NCBI GenBank assembly: GCA_036556205.1 | Contig: DATBJW010000008.1 | Coordinates: 1,977 to 65,976, forward strand | DNA: 64,000 nt | DNA from: Gemmatimonadota bacterium | GTDB lineage: Bacteria > Gemmatimonadota > Gemmatimonadetes > JACCXV01 | Direction of reading: 5' to 3' | Part shown: positions 28,135-37,025 of the stretch, one piece after another | Layout of the letters: the number at the start of each line of letters is the position of its first letter | How positions within the stretch are numbered: the stretch's first letter is position 1 | The notes under the pieces: model-generated | Databases searched by the model: none | Told to the model about the DNA's origin: nothing | The model's input: the letters and a program-made list of their open reading frames with translations, nothing else | Made by a program: the position numbers and the translations under genes

Positions 28135-28951
28135 GCGAGACCTTCCCGCTCTCCCGCCCGCTCCCGGCCCGCTCTTCGACTCCCACGCCCACCTCGCGGA
28201 CGCGCGGTTCGCCGCGGATCTGCCGCAGGTCCTGGCGCGCGCCGCCGGGGCCGGGATCTCCGAGGTCCTGATTCCCGCCACCGAACCCGCCGACGCCGGC
28301 CGGGCGGCCGCGATCGCGCGCGGCCTCGGGACGCGGATCCCGCGCCTCTACTGGTCCGCCGGCCTGCATCCTCACGAGGCCGGGCGCTGGGAGCCGGACA
28401 CGGCGGTCGAGATCGCCGCCGCGCTGGACGCGGGTGCGGTCGCGGTCGGGGAGACCGGGCTGGACTTCCACTACGACCACGCCTCCCGCACGGCGCAGCT
28501 CGCGGCCTTCGAGGGCCAGGCGGCCCTGGCGCGGGAGCGGGAGCTGCCGCTCGTCGTCCACTCCCGTGAGGCCGACGCCGACACCGCGGCACTCCTGCGC
28601 GCGAGCGGCGTCGCTCCCGAGCGTGTGATCCTGCATTGCTTCAGCGCCGGGGCGAGCCTCTTCCGCGAGGCGCTCGAGCGCGGCTACTACGTTTCCTTCA
28701 GCGGCCTCATCACCTTCGCGGGCTACGCCACGCCGGAGGTTCTCGTGCAGGTGCCGGAGGAGCGGGTGCTCGTGGAGACCGACGCGCCCTACCTCGCCCC
28801 CGTGCCCCTGCGCGGCCGGCGGAACGAACCCGCCTTCCTGCCCGCGACGCTGGCGTGCCTGGCGGCCGCCCGCGGGCTGGATCCGCAGGATGCCGTGCGA
28901 CTCACCCGGACGAACGCGTTTCGGGTTTACAAGCTCGGCGGGCTCTCCTAA
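28106..28951 (+). CDS. TatD-family metal-dependent hydrolase
   Basis: Motifs LFDSHAHL, GETGLDFHYD, VVHSREA and VETDAPYL are present. The start is uncertain: GTG 28106 or GTG 28127, both overlapping the upstream gene. Confidence 0.85.
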   Translation: MLCADAAVARRDLPALPPAPGPLFDSHAHLADARFAADLPQVLARAAGAGISEVLIPATEPADAGRAAAIARGLGTRIPRLYWSAGLHPHEAGRWEPDTAVEIAAALDAGAVAVGETGLDFHYDHASRTAQLAAFEGQAALARERELPLVVHSREADADTAALLRASGVAPERVILHCFSAGASLFREALERGYYVSFSGLITFAGYATPEVLVQVPEERVLVETDAPYLAPVPLRGRRNEPAFLPATLACLAAARGLDPQDAVRLTRTNAFRVYKLGGLS

Positions 28952-29065
28952 CATTCCGCGCGGCCGGCGGGGCATCCCCGGCCCCGGCCCATCCCAGCAG
29001 GCTGCGCCGCCGGCGGCGGGCGGCACCCATCCCAGCGCGAGCGGAGCACGCACCCGGGAGACGCC

Positions 29066-30754
29066 ATGCCCGTCACCGTGAGATCGCCCGTCCCTTCCGA
29101 CCTGGAGATCGCCCAGTCCGCCATCCCGCGGCCGATCGACGAGGTCGCGGCCGAGCTCGGCCTGGACCCCGCGCGCATCGAGCACTACGGACGCACGAAA
29201 GCCAAGGTCCCGCTCTCGGAGGTGGACCTCTCGCGCCGGCGCGGCAAGCTCGTGCTGGTGACGGGCATCACGCCGACCACGGCCGGGGAGGGGAAGTCCA
29301 CGGTCACGATCGGCCTGGCACAGGCGTTGCGCCGGATGGGGCGCCGAGTGGTGGCCTGCCTGCGCGAGCCCTCCCTGGGCCCGGTCTTCGGCATGAAGGG
29401 GGGTGCCGCGGGCGGCGGTTACTCCCAGGTCATCCCGATGGAGGACATCAACCTCCACTTCACGGGCGATCTGCACGCCATGACCAGCGCCAACAACCTG
29501 CTCTCCGCGATGCTCGACAACCACGTGCACCACGGCAACCGGCTCGACCTGGACGTGCGCCGGATGCTCTGGAAGCGCTGTCTGGACATGAACGACAGGG
29601 CGCTGCGCCAGATCGTGGTGGGCCTGGGAGGGACGGCGAACGGCGTCCCGCGCGAAGACGGCTTCCAGATCACGGTGGCCTCGGAGGTCATGGCCATCTT
29701 CTGCCTGGCCTCGGGGCTCGACGATCTGCGGCAGCGGCTGGGCAGGGTCGTGGTGGGGTACAGTCGGTCCGGCGATCCCGTGCGCGCCAGGGACGTCAAG
29801 GCCGACGGGGCCATGACGCTGCTGCTGCGGGACGCCTTGAACCCCAACCTGGTCCAGACGCTCGAGGGCGGCCCCGTGTTCGTTCACGGTGGACCCTTCG
29901 CGAACATCGCCCACGGCTGCAACAGCCTGCTGGCCACGCGCACGGGCCTCTCGCTCGCGGACGTGGTCGTCACCGAGGCCGGCTTCGGCTCGGACCTGGG
30001 AGGCGAGAAGTTCTTCGACATCAAGTGCCGCTTCGGCGGCCTCGAGCCGCAGGCGGCCGTGCTGATCGTGACCGTGCGCGCCCTGCGCCGTCACGGCGGG
30101 GCCGTCAAGGACGGCATCAAGAAGCCCGACGTCCAGCGCGTTCGCAAAGGCCTGCCGAACCTCGAGAAGCACGTCGAGATCATCCGCACCTTCGGCGTGC
30201 CCCCGGTGGTCGCGTTGAACCGGTTCACGGACGACGCCGACGACGAGCTCGCGGCCATCCAGGACTTCTGCCGCTCGCTGGATGTGCCGTGCGCCCTGAC
30301 CGAGGTGTGGGCCAAAGGGGGGGAAGGCGGACTGGACCTGGCGAAGCTCGTGGAAGGCGAGATCGCCTCCGGCAAGAGCCGGTTCCAGGTCCTCTATCCC
30401 GACGACATGCCGCTGGCCGAGAAGATGAAGACGATCGCCACCAAAGTGTACGGCGCCGACGGCGTGGTCTTCTCCGCGGCCGCGGAGAAGGCGATGAAGG
30501 AGCTGGCCAAGATCGGGATGGAGAAGGCACCCATCTGCGTCGCCAAGACGCAGTACTCCCTCTCGGACGACCCCAACCTGATCGGCCGCCCACGGGGCTT
30601 CCAGATCCACGTCCAGGACATGCGGCCCTCGGCCGGCGCGGGCTTCGTGGTGGCGTTGACCGGCGAGATCATGACCATGCCGGGCCTCCCCAGGGTCCCC
30701 GCGGCCGAGGCCATCGGCGTGGACGCCGAGGGGAAGGCCGAGGGACTCTTCTGA
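29066..30754 (+). CDS. fhs: Formate--tetrahydrofolate ligase
   Basis: 562-aa product with SDLEIAQ, TPTTAGEGKSTVTIGL and FGVPPVVALNRF motifs. Confidence 0.95.
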   Translation: MPVTVRSPVPSDLEIAQSAIPRPIDEVAAELGLDPARIEHYGRTKAKVPLSEVDLSRRRGKLVLVTGITPTTAGEGKSTVTIGLAQALRRMGRRVVACLREPSLGPVFGMKGGAAGGGYSQVIPMEDINLHFTGDLHAMTSANNLLSAMLDNHVHHGNRLDLDVRRMLWKRCLDMNDRALRQIVVGLGGTANGVPREDGFQITVASEVMAIFCLASGLDDLRQRLGRVVVGYSRSGDPVRARDVKADGAMTLLLRDALNPNLVQTLEGGPVFVHGGPFANIAHGCNSLLATRTGLSLADVVVTEAGFGSDLGGEKFFDIKCRFGGLEPQAAVLIVTVRALRRHGGAVKDGIKKPDVQRVRKGLPNLEKHVEIIRTFGVPPVVALNRFTDDADDELAAIQDFCRSLDVPCALTEVWAKGGEGGLDLAKLVEGEIASGKSRFQVLYPDDMPLAEKMKTIATKVYGADGVVFSAAAEKAMKELAKIGMEKAPICVAKTQYSLSDDPNLIGRPRGFQIHVQDMRPSAGAGFVVALTGEIMTMPGLPRVPAAEAIGVDAEGKAEGLF

Positions 30755-30787
30755 GAGACGCAGGTCGTTCCCGGAGCGGAGGGCGAC

Positions 30788-31171
30788 ATGAAGCGAGCCG
30801 TATCGACGTCCGAGGCGCCCGGGGCGATCGGCCCCTACAGTCAGGGCATTCGTCAGGGAGCGTGGCTCTTCAGCGCCGGGCAGGTAGGCCTCGATCCGGG
30901 CACCGGCGAGCTGGTCGCGGGCGGCGCCTCCGAGCAGGCCGAGCGCGCGCTCCAGAACCTCGGGGCCGTGCTGCGGGCCGCGGGCCTCGGGCCGGAGCAC
31001 GTCGTGAAGACCACTATCTTCCTGACCGACATGGCCGACTTCGCGGACGTGAACAAGGTCTACGGCCGCTTCTTCCCCGAGCCCTTTCCGGCCCGCTCGA
31101 CCGTGCAGGTGGCGGGGTTGCCGAAGGGAGCCAGGGTGGAGATCGACCTGGTGGCGTGCGCCGAGGGGTGA
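30788..31171 (+). CDS. ridA: RidA/YjgF-family reactive intermediate deaminase
   Basis: 127-aa product with [43 protein letters not shown]. Confidence 0.9.
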   Translation: MKRAVSTSEAPGAIGPYSQGIRQGAWLFSAGQVGLDPGTGELVAGGASEQAERALQNLGAVLRAAGLGPEHVVKTTIFLTDMADFADVNKVYGRFFPEPFPARSTVQVAGLPKGARVEIDLVACAEG

Positions 31172-31175
31172 TCGA

Positions 31176-32843
31176 ATGGCCACCGTCGAGGGCGAGGTCG
31201 TCCTGCGAGCCCCGCGCGGCCGCGCGCTCTCCTGCCGCGGCTGGCATCAGGAGGCGGCGCTGCGGATGCTGCTCAACAACCTCGATCCCGAGGTGGCCGA
31301 GAGACCCGACGAGCTGATCGTCTACGGCGGCACGGGCAAGGCGGCGCGGAACCGCGCCTGCCTCGAGGCCATCGTGGTCGCGCTGCGGCGCCTGGCCGAC
31401 GACGAGACCCTGCTCGTCCAGTCCGGCAAGCCGGTGGGGATCTTCCGCACCCACGCCTGGGCGCCGCGCGTGCTCATCGCCAACGCGAACCTGGTGGGGC
31501 GCTGGGCGACCTGGCCGGAATTCCGCCGGCTCGAGGCGCTGGGCCTCACCATGTACGGCCAGATGACGGCCGGCAGCTGGATCTACATCGGGACGCAGGG
31601 GATCCTGCAGGGCACGTACGAGACGTTCGCGGCCGTGGCCGGCGCGCACTTCGGCGGCGACCTGCGGGGACGCTGGATCGCGACCGCCGGCCTGGGGGGC
31701 ATGGGCGGTGCCCAGCCGCTGGCAGCCACCATGAACGAGGCCTGCCTGCTGGCCGCCGAAGTGGATCGCTCGCGCATCGACCGGCGGCTGGCGACGGGCT
31801 ACCTGGACCTCCTGGCGACCGACCTGGACGGGGCGCTGCGGGCGATCGAGGACGCGCGCGCCGCCGGCCGGGCCATCTCGGTCGCGGTCGAGATGAACGC
31901 CGCGGACTTCCTGCCCGAGCTCCTGCGCCGTGACAGCACCCCCGACGTGCTCACCGACCAGACCAGCGCCCACGACGCTCTCGAGGGCTACGTCCCGGCC
32001 GGGATGCCCTACGCGGCCGCGCTCGAGCTGCGGCGCGCCGACCCCGAAGCCTACGTGCGGCACTCGATGGCCTCGATGGCGACGCACGTGCGGGCCATGC
32101 TCGAGCTCCGGCGCCGGGGAGCGGTGGCCTTCGACTACGGCAACAGCCTGCGGGCCCAGGCGCGGGATGCGGGCGTTGCGGAGGCCTTCGAGATCCCCGG
32201 CTTCGTGCCCGCCTACATCCGGCCGCTCTTCTGCGAGGGGAAGGGACCCTTCCGCTGGGCCGCGCTCTCGGGCGACCCCGCCGACATCGAGGTCATCGAC
32301 GCGGCCGTCCTGGACCTCTTCCCCGGGAACCGCGCGCTCGCACGCTGGATCCGGCTGGCGAGGGAGAAAGTCCGCGCTCAGGGCCTGCCCGCGCGAATCT
32401 GCTGGCTGGGCTACGGAGACCGCTGGCGGCTGGGGGAGCGCATCAATGACCTGGTCGCGAGGGGCGAGGTCTCGGCCCCGGTGGTCATCGGCCGCGACCA
32501 CCTGGACACGGGCTCCGTGGCATCGCCCTTCCGTGAGACGGAGGGCATGCTGGACGGCTCCGACGCGATCGCCGACTGGCCGGTGCTGAACGCGCTCCTC
32601 AACGTGGCCTCGGGCGCGAGCTGGGTCTCGTTCCACCACGGCGGCGGAGTGGGCATCGGCAACTCGCTCCACGCGGGCCAGGTCTCCGTGGCGGACGGCA
32701 CGCCCCAGGCCGCCGAGCGCCTCCGCCGGGTGCTCACGAACGATCCCGGCATCGGGGTCGCGCGCCACGCCGACGCGGGCTACGAGCAGGCGCGCGCCTT
32801 CGCCCGCGAGGCCGGGATCGACCTGCCGATGCAGGACGGGTGA
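31176..32843 (+). CDS. hutU: Urocanate hydratase
   Basis: 555-aa product with [35 protein letters not shown] and [12 protein letters not shown]. Confidence 0.95.
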   Translation: MATVEGEVVLRAPRGRALSCRGWHQEAALRMLLNNLDPEVAERPDELIVYGGTGKAARNRACLEAIVVALRRLADDETLLVQSGKPVGIFRTHAWAPRVLIANANLVGRWATWPEFRRLEALGLTMYGQMTAGSWIYIGTQGILQGTYETFAAVAGAHFGGDLRGRWIATAGLGGMGGAQPLAATMNEACLLAAEVDRSRIDRRLATGYLDLLATDLDGALRAIEDARAAGRAISVAVEMNAADFLPELLRRDSTPDVLTDQTSAHDALEGYVPAGMPYAAALELRRADPEAYVRHSMASMATHVRAMLELRRRGAVAFDYGNSLRAQARDAGVAEAFEIPGFVPAYIRPLFCEGKGPFRWAALSGDPADIEVIDAAVLDLFPGNRALARWIRLAREKVRAQGLPARICWLGYGDRWRLGERINDLVARGEVSAPVVIGRDHLDTGSVASPFRETEGMLDGSDAIADWPVLNALLNVASGASWVSFHHGGGVGIGNSLHAGQVSVADGTPQAAERLRRVLTNDPGIGVARHADAGYEQARAFAREAGIDLPMQDG

Positions 32844-35065
32844 AGGCGGCCGGCGCGGCCGTCGCGGCGGCCCTCCTGCTGGTCGCCCTCTCCGCGGCTT
32901 TGGTCATCCTTTCCGACGGCGCCCCGCCGGCTCACGGCGCGCCCTCCCTGGACGTGCCGGCGGACCGCTCTCGTGCGGCGCTCTCCGCCGCTTCGGATTC
33001 CCTCCTCGTGCGTCTCGCCTCTCTCACCGCCGTGACAGGCTTCGAGGACGCCGCCGCGGAGAGCGTGCTCGCGTGGCTGCCGGGGGCCGAGCTCGACCGG
33101 GCCGGCAACGTGATCTGGAAATCTGGAAGCGGTGGGCCCGTGCGGCTCGCCGCCTGCCCCCTGGACGAGCCGGGCCACGTGGTCGCGGGGGTGACAGCGG
33201 AGGGCTATCTGACGCTGCGCCGCGCGGGGCGGCCTCCACCCGGGACCTCGCCCGAGCGCTTCCTCGAGGGTCAGCGGGTCACGGTCTTTGGCGCAGCCGG
33301 TGCGGTGCCGGGAGTGGTCGGCGTGCTCTCGACCCACCTCCAGCGAAGTCGGTCGGGAGCCGAGGGGCACGTTCCCGGCCGCGAGCCGCTCCCCCTGGAC
33401 GATGCGCTGGTGGACGTGGGCGCCTCCTCCGCCGAGGAAGTGGACGCCCTTGGATTGCGCGTGCTGGCGCCCGTCGCGCGCGTGAAGGCGCCGCTCCGCT
33501 ACGGGCGCGATCTCGTGGCCGCGCCCTCCGCGGCGGCCCGGGGGGCGTGCGCGGCCCTGCTCGCGGCGGCCCGCCTCGCGGCGCAGGAAGGCATCCGTGA
33601 CGGCGCGGCCGTGGCGGCCTTCACCCGCCGCCGGTACTTCGGATGGGACGGCGCTGCTTTCGCGGTCGCGAGCGCCGCGGGCACGGAGGCGCCCGGCCCG
33701 CCGGGGGCCGGGGTTCAGGCGGTCCTGCTGGGCGATCCCGCGCCCGACGACTCGCTGGGGCGCGGGGCCTACTCGATTGCCGAAGGCGGCCCCGAGGGGT
33801 TCCCCGACCTGGCCCGGGTCGTGCACTGGTCCCTGCCCGCGCGCTACGTCTCCTCGCCCGTCGAGACGGTCTCCTCGAGCGATGTGGAGCACCTCTCGAG
33901 GCGGCTCGCGGCCTTCCTCACCGGGGCGACTCCGCCCGCCGCGGAGGCGAGGCGAACCGGTGCGGTGTCTCAGCCAGCGCCGGAAACCGCTTCCTCCCGC
34001 GAGCGCCCGTCCTCGTCACCGGCGGGCGACAGGCTGGCCGCGGCCGCCGCGGTCCTCGCGCGGCTCGTGGGGACCTACGCCGTCTCGGGAGCCGAGGAAC
34101 CGATGCGGGAGGCTGTGAAAGGGCTGCTTCCGGAGTGGGCCGCGGTCCGGACGGACGGTGTGGGAAACCTGCGCCTGCGCGTGGGAGCCGGAGCGCCGCT
34201 GGTCGTGATCGTGGCGCACCTGGACGAGATCGGCTACTCCGTCACGCGGATACGCGAAGACGGCGGGCTCGAGATCGAGCCGCGAGGGGGTTTCTACGGC
34301 TCGCTCTTCGAGGGTGAGGCCGCGCTCGTGCACGCTTCCGGGGGCCCGGTGCCGGCCGTTTTCGCGCCGCGGGACTCGTTCGACGCCTCTCCGCCGGCGA
34401 GTCTGGCGGGGAGCCCCGGCGGTCCGCCGTTCGTGGATCCGGGGACCCGCTCGCGCGCGGAGACCCAGGCTCTCGGGATCCGGCCCGGCGACACGGTCAC
34501 GATGCCCAAGCAGCTCACGTCGTTGGCCGGCTCGCGCGTGACGGGGCGCGCGCTCGACGACCGCGTGGGTTGCGCGGCCCTGATCCTGGCACTCTCCGCC
34601 CTCGACCGCTCGCGCCTCTCCCACGCGGTCGAGTTCGTGTGGTCGGTCGAGGAAGAGATCGGGCTGAACGGCGCCGAATGGGCCGCGCGCGATCTCGCGT
34701 CCGAGCGCCCCGCGCGCGTCCATGCGGTGGACACCTTCGTCACCTCCGACGCGCCGCTCGAGCGGCGCGCGTTCGCCTACGCCCCCCTCGGCCGCGGGGC
34801 GGCGATCCGCGCCGTGGACGACAGCGCGGTGGCCCCGCCCGCCCTCGTGGACTCGCTCGTCACGCTCGCGGCCGGGCTCGGGATCCCGCTCCAGGTGGGT
34901 GCCACGAGCGGCGGCAACGACGGGTCGGCATTCACCCGCTACGGCGTCCCCGACGTGGCCATCGGCTGGCCGCTCCGCTACTCGCACTCGCCGGCCGAGG
35001 TCATGGACCTCGCCGACCTGCTCGCGCTGGCCGACCTCGTGCGGGCCGTGGCCGAGCGCTGGTAG
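32840..35065 (+). CDS. Membrane-anchored/secreted tandem M42-like peptidase (degenerate N-terminal copy + intact C-terminal copy)
   Basis: The GTG start overlaps the hutU stop. There is an N-terminal hydrophobic segment. The C-terminal half keeps the M42 motifs [20 protein letters not shown] and [11 protein letters not shown]. The N-terminal half aligns by eye to the same layout with metal ligands replaced ([20 protein letters not shown]). Confidence 0.6.
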   Translation: MKAAGAAVAAALLLVALSAALVILSDGAPPAHGAPSLDVPADRSRAALSAASDSLLVRLASLTAVTGFEDAAAESVLAWLPGAELDRAGNVIWKSGSGGPVRLAACPLDEPGHVVAGVTAEGYLTLRRAGRPPPGTSPERFLEGQRVTVFGAAGAVPGVVGVLSTHLQRSRSGAEGHVPGREPLPLDDALVDVGASSAEEVDALGLRVLAPVARVKAPLRYGRDLVAAPSAAARGACAALLAAARLAAQEGIRDGAAVAAFTRRRYFGWDGAAFAVASAAGTEAPGPPGAGVQAVLLGDPAPDDSLGRGAYSIAEGGPEGFPDLARVVHWSLPARYVSSPVETVSSSDVEHLSRRLAAFLTGATPPAAEARRTGAVSQPAPETASSRERPSSSPAGDRLAAAAAVLARLVGTYAVSGAEEPMREAVKGLLPEWAAVRTDGVGNLRLRVGAGAPLVVIVAHLDEIGYSVTRIREDGGLEIEPRGGFYGSLFEGEAALVHASGGPVPAVFAPRDSFDASPPASLAGSPGGPPFVDPGTRSRAETQALGIRPGDTVTMPKQLTSLAGSRVTGRALDDRVGCAALILALSALDRSRLSHAVEFVWSVEEEIGLNGAEWAARDLASERPARVHAVDTFVTSDAPLERRAFAYAPLGRGAAIRAVDDSAVAPPALVDSLVTLAAGLGIPLQVGATSGGNDGSAFTRYGVPDVAIGWPLRYSHSPAEVMDLADLLALADLVRAVAERW

Positions 35066-35117
35066 GTCGCGGGCTCGGCCCGGCGTCGCTTGATCGGCCC
35101 CCGCGCGGGGAGTATTC

Positions 35118-37025
35118 TTGCCCGATGAGCGTCTGCCGGCGGGTCCCGTGCTGATCGACGAGCTGAAGGGCATCCAGTCCGAGTCGGGCTTCCTGCCGCG
35201 CGAACGCCTTCTCGAGCTCTCCCGCCGCGAAAGCGTCCCGCTCTACCAGATCGAAGCCGTCGCCAGCTTCTATCCTCTTTTCCGGCAAACGCCTCCGCCC
35301 GCGGTCGAGGTCGCGCTCTGCGCCGACATGAGCTGCCACCTGGCGGGGGCGGAGCGGCTGGCCGAAGCTCTCCGCGCCGATTTCGAGGCGCTGGGCGCGT
35401 CGGGGGAAGCCGTGGTCCAGGTCCAGGAGGGCAACGTGCACGGGCTGGACGGCCTCGAGAGGGAAGGGCGGGAAGCGGCTCCGCCCGGCGTGCCGCGGCT
35501 GGAGTACCGCGCGGTGTCCTGCCTGGGTCTCTGCGACCGCGCGCCCGCGTGCGCCCTGAACGGCCATCCGGAAGGATCGGCGACCCTGGAGCGTATCCGC
35601 GCGTACGTGGCCGCCGGCCTCGAGACGGCACGGAGCGGCTCCGGGCTCCAGAACGGCAAGGGCGCGCCGCCCGGCGCACATGCGTCACCGCCCGAGGCGC
35701 AAAGCCGGCCCGCGCACGCCGGGGACGGCCGCGCGGCGCCGCGGGTCGACAGCGCGCGCACGGTTCCCGCGGCCACCGCGCCCGACCCCGAAGGCCCACG
35801 CATCGATCCGCACCCGCCGGGAGCGCCGTACGGAGCCCTGAGACGGCTGCTCGAATCCGGCGACCGCGAGAGCGTGATCCCGGCCCTCAAGGAGAGCGGG
35901 CTGCGCGGGCTCGGCGGAGCCGGGTTCCCGACGGGTGCCAAGTGGGATTTCACGAAGCAGGCGGCGGGCTCTCCCAAGTACGTGGTCTGCAACGCCGACG
36001 AGTCCGAGCCGGGCACCTTCAAGGACCGCGACGTGCTGGAGCGTTTCCCGCACCTGGTTCTGGAGGGGATGCTGATCGGCGCCTACGTCGTGGGCGCGAG
36101 CCGCGCCACGCTCTACCTGCGCCACGAGTACCACGCCGCGCGCGCGCGGCTGGAGGAGGCCATCGGAGACCTGGCGGCGAGAGGTCTGGCCGGGGAGAAC
36201 ATCCTGGGCAGCGCCTTCTCGTGCGAGATGGAGCTCTTCGTGAGCGCCGGCGGCTACATCTGCGGCGAGGAGACGGCCCTGCTCGAGGCGCTGGAAGGGA
36301 AGCGCGCCGAGCCGCGCAACAAGCCGCCCTTCCCGGGGGTGGTGGGCCTCCACGGCAAGCCCACGCTCATGAACAACGTCGAGACGTTCGCCATGGTCCC
36401 CGCGATCCTGACCCGCGGTGCGGCCTGGTTCAAAGGGCTCGGCGAGAACGGAGGCTCGGGCCTCAAGTACTTCGCGCTCTCGGGCCACGTGGCCCGGCCG
36501 GGGGTGTACGAGGCCTGGCTGGGCGTGCCCGCCCGGCGTTTCATCGAGGAACAGGGCGGCGGCGTCTCGGGAGGTCGCAAGCTCAAGGCGTTCGCTCCCG
36601 GCGGCGCCTCCTCGGGGTTCCTGCCGGCCGCGCTCTCCGACCTGCCGCTCGACTTCAAGCCGCTGGCCGACGCGGGCTCGATGCTGGGCACCGGAGCGGT
36701 CGTGGCGATCGCAGAGGGGACCTGCATGCTGGACCTGGCCCTGAACGTGGTGCGCTTCTTCCGCAACGAGTCCTGCGGCAAGTGCGTGCCCTGCCGCGAG
36801 GGGACCGAGGAGCTGGTCGGCATCCTGGAGCGGATCCGCGGCGGGAAGGGCGCGCCGCGAGATCTGCAGCTCATCGAGGGGCTCTCGGACACGATGGCCA
36901 TGACCTCCATCTGCGGCCTCGGTCAAGCCGCGCCGCTCCCGATCACGTCGGTGTTGCGCCACTGGAGAGACGAGGTCGACGCCCACGTGCTGAAGAAGGT
37001 CTGTCCGGAAGGAGTCTGCCTGTGA
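35118..37025 (+). CDS. NAD-dependent formate dehydrogenase diaphorase subunit (NuoE-like [2Fe-2S] + NuoF-like FMN/NAD/[4Fe-4S] fusion)
   Basis: The N-terminal domain has CADMSC...CLGLCDRAP cysteines, followed by a long Pro/Ala linker. Then come the NuoF motifs GLRGLGGAGFPTGAKW, VVCNADESEPGTFKDR and ESCGKCVPCREGT. Confidence 0.85.
   Translation: MPDERLPAGPVLIDELKGIQSESGFLPRERLLELSRRESVPLYQIEAVASFYPLFRQTPPPAVEVALCADMSCHLAGAERLAEALRADFEALGASGEAVVQVQEGNVHGLDGLEREGREAAPPGVPRLEYRAVSCLGLCDRAPACALNGHPEGSATLERIRAYVAAGLETARSGSGLQNGKGAPPGAHASPPEAQSRPAHAGDGRAAPRVDSARTVPAATAPDPEGPRIDPHPPGAPYGALRRLLESGDRESVIPALKESGLRGLGGAGFPTGAKWDFTKQAAGSPKYVVCNADESEPGTFKDRDVLERFPHLVLEGMLIGAYVVGASRATLYLRHEYHAARARLEEAIGDLAARGLAGENILGSAFSCEMELFVSAGGYICGEETALLEALEGKRAEPRNKPPFPGVVGLHGKPTLMNNVETFAMVPAILTRGAAWFKGLGENGGSGLKYFALSGHVARPGVYEAWLGVPARRFIEEQGGGVSGGRKLKAFAPGGASSGFLPAALSDLPLDFKPLADAGSMLGTGAVVAIAEGTCMLDLALNVVRFFRNESCGKCVPCREGTEELVGILERIRGGKGAPRDLQLIEGLSDTMAMTSICGLGQAAPLPITSVLRHWRDEVDAHVLKKVCPEGVCL

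Noticed and set aside
28952-29065. Possible folate/purine-type riboswitch (ZTP/pfl or THF) in the 114-nt leader of fhs. It contains a direct repeat cccatcccagc (28989 and 29026 regions) and a GC hairpin.
   Set aside because: I could not find the conserved ZTP core elements (ACUGGCG / CCGGG..GCGACC / CGCCUGGGC-like) or THF riboswitch features on either strand by eye. Without a covariance-model scan there is no support. The hairpin may simply terminate the upstream gene.
28001-31183. 1060-aa minus-strand ORF, the longest antisense ORF in the window. Similar giants occur at 1131..2852, 19935..22541, 43824..45983, 61479..63473 and 13169..15124 on the minus strand.
   Set aside because: Each lies entirely antisense to genes with unmistakable homology, such as tatD-like, fhs and ridA. 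Their translations are Arg/Gly/Ala/Pro-rich with no recognisable motifs. Stop codons are rare in all frames of very GC-rich DNA, so such ORFs are expected by chance.
35549-37021. N-terminal 491 aa of track ORF 35549..39994, which would make a 1481-aa protein. Analogous false extensions occur at 3626..4258, 5253..5501, 6872..7693, 7924..8628, 10481..10837, 40319..40792, 42190..42696, 45287..46099, 46591..46944 and 59316..61697.
   Set aside because: These segments overlap the preceding, well-supported gene in another frame and are low-complexity Arg/Gly/Pro sequence. In each case an in-frame ATG or GTG at or next to the upstream stop yields the N-terminus expected for the protein family.
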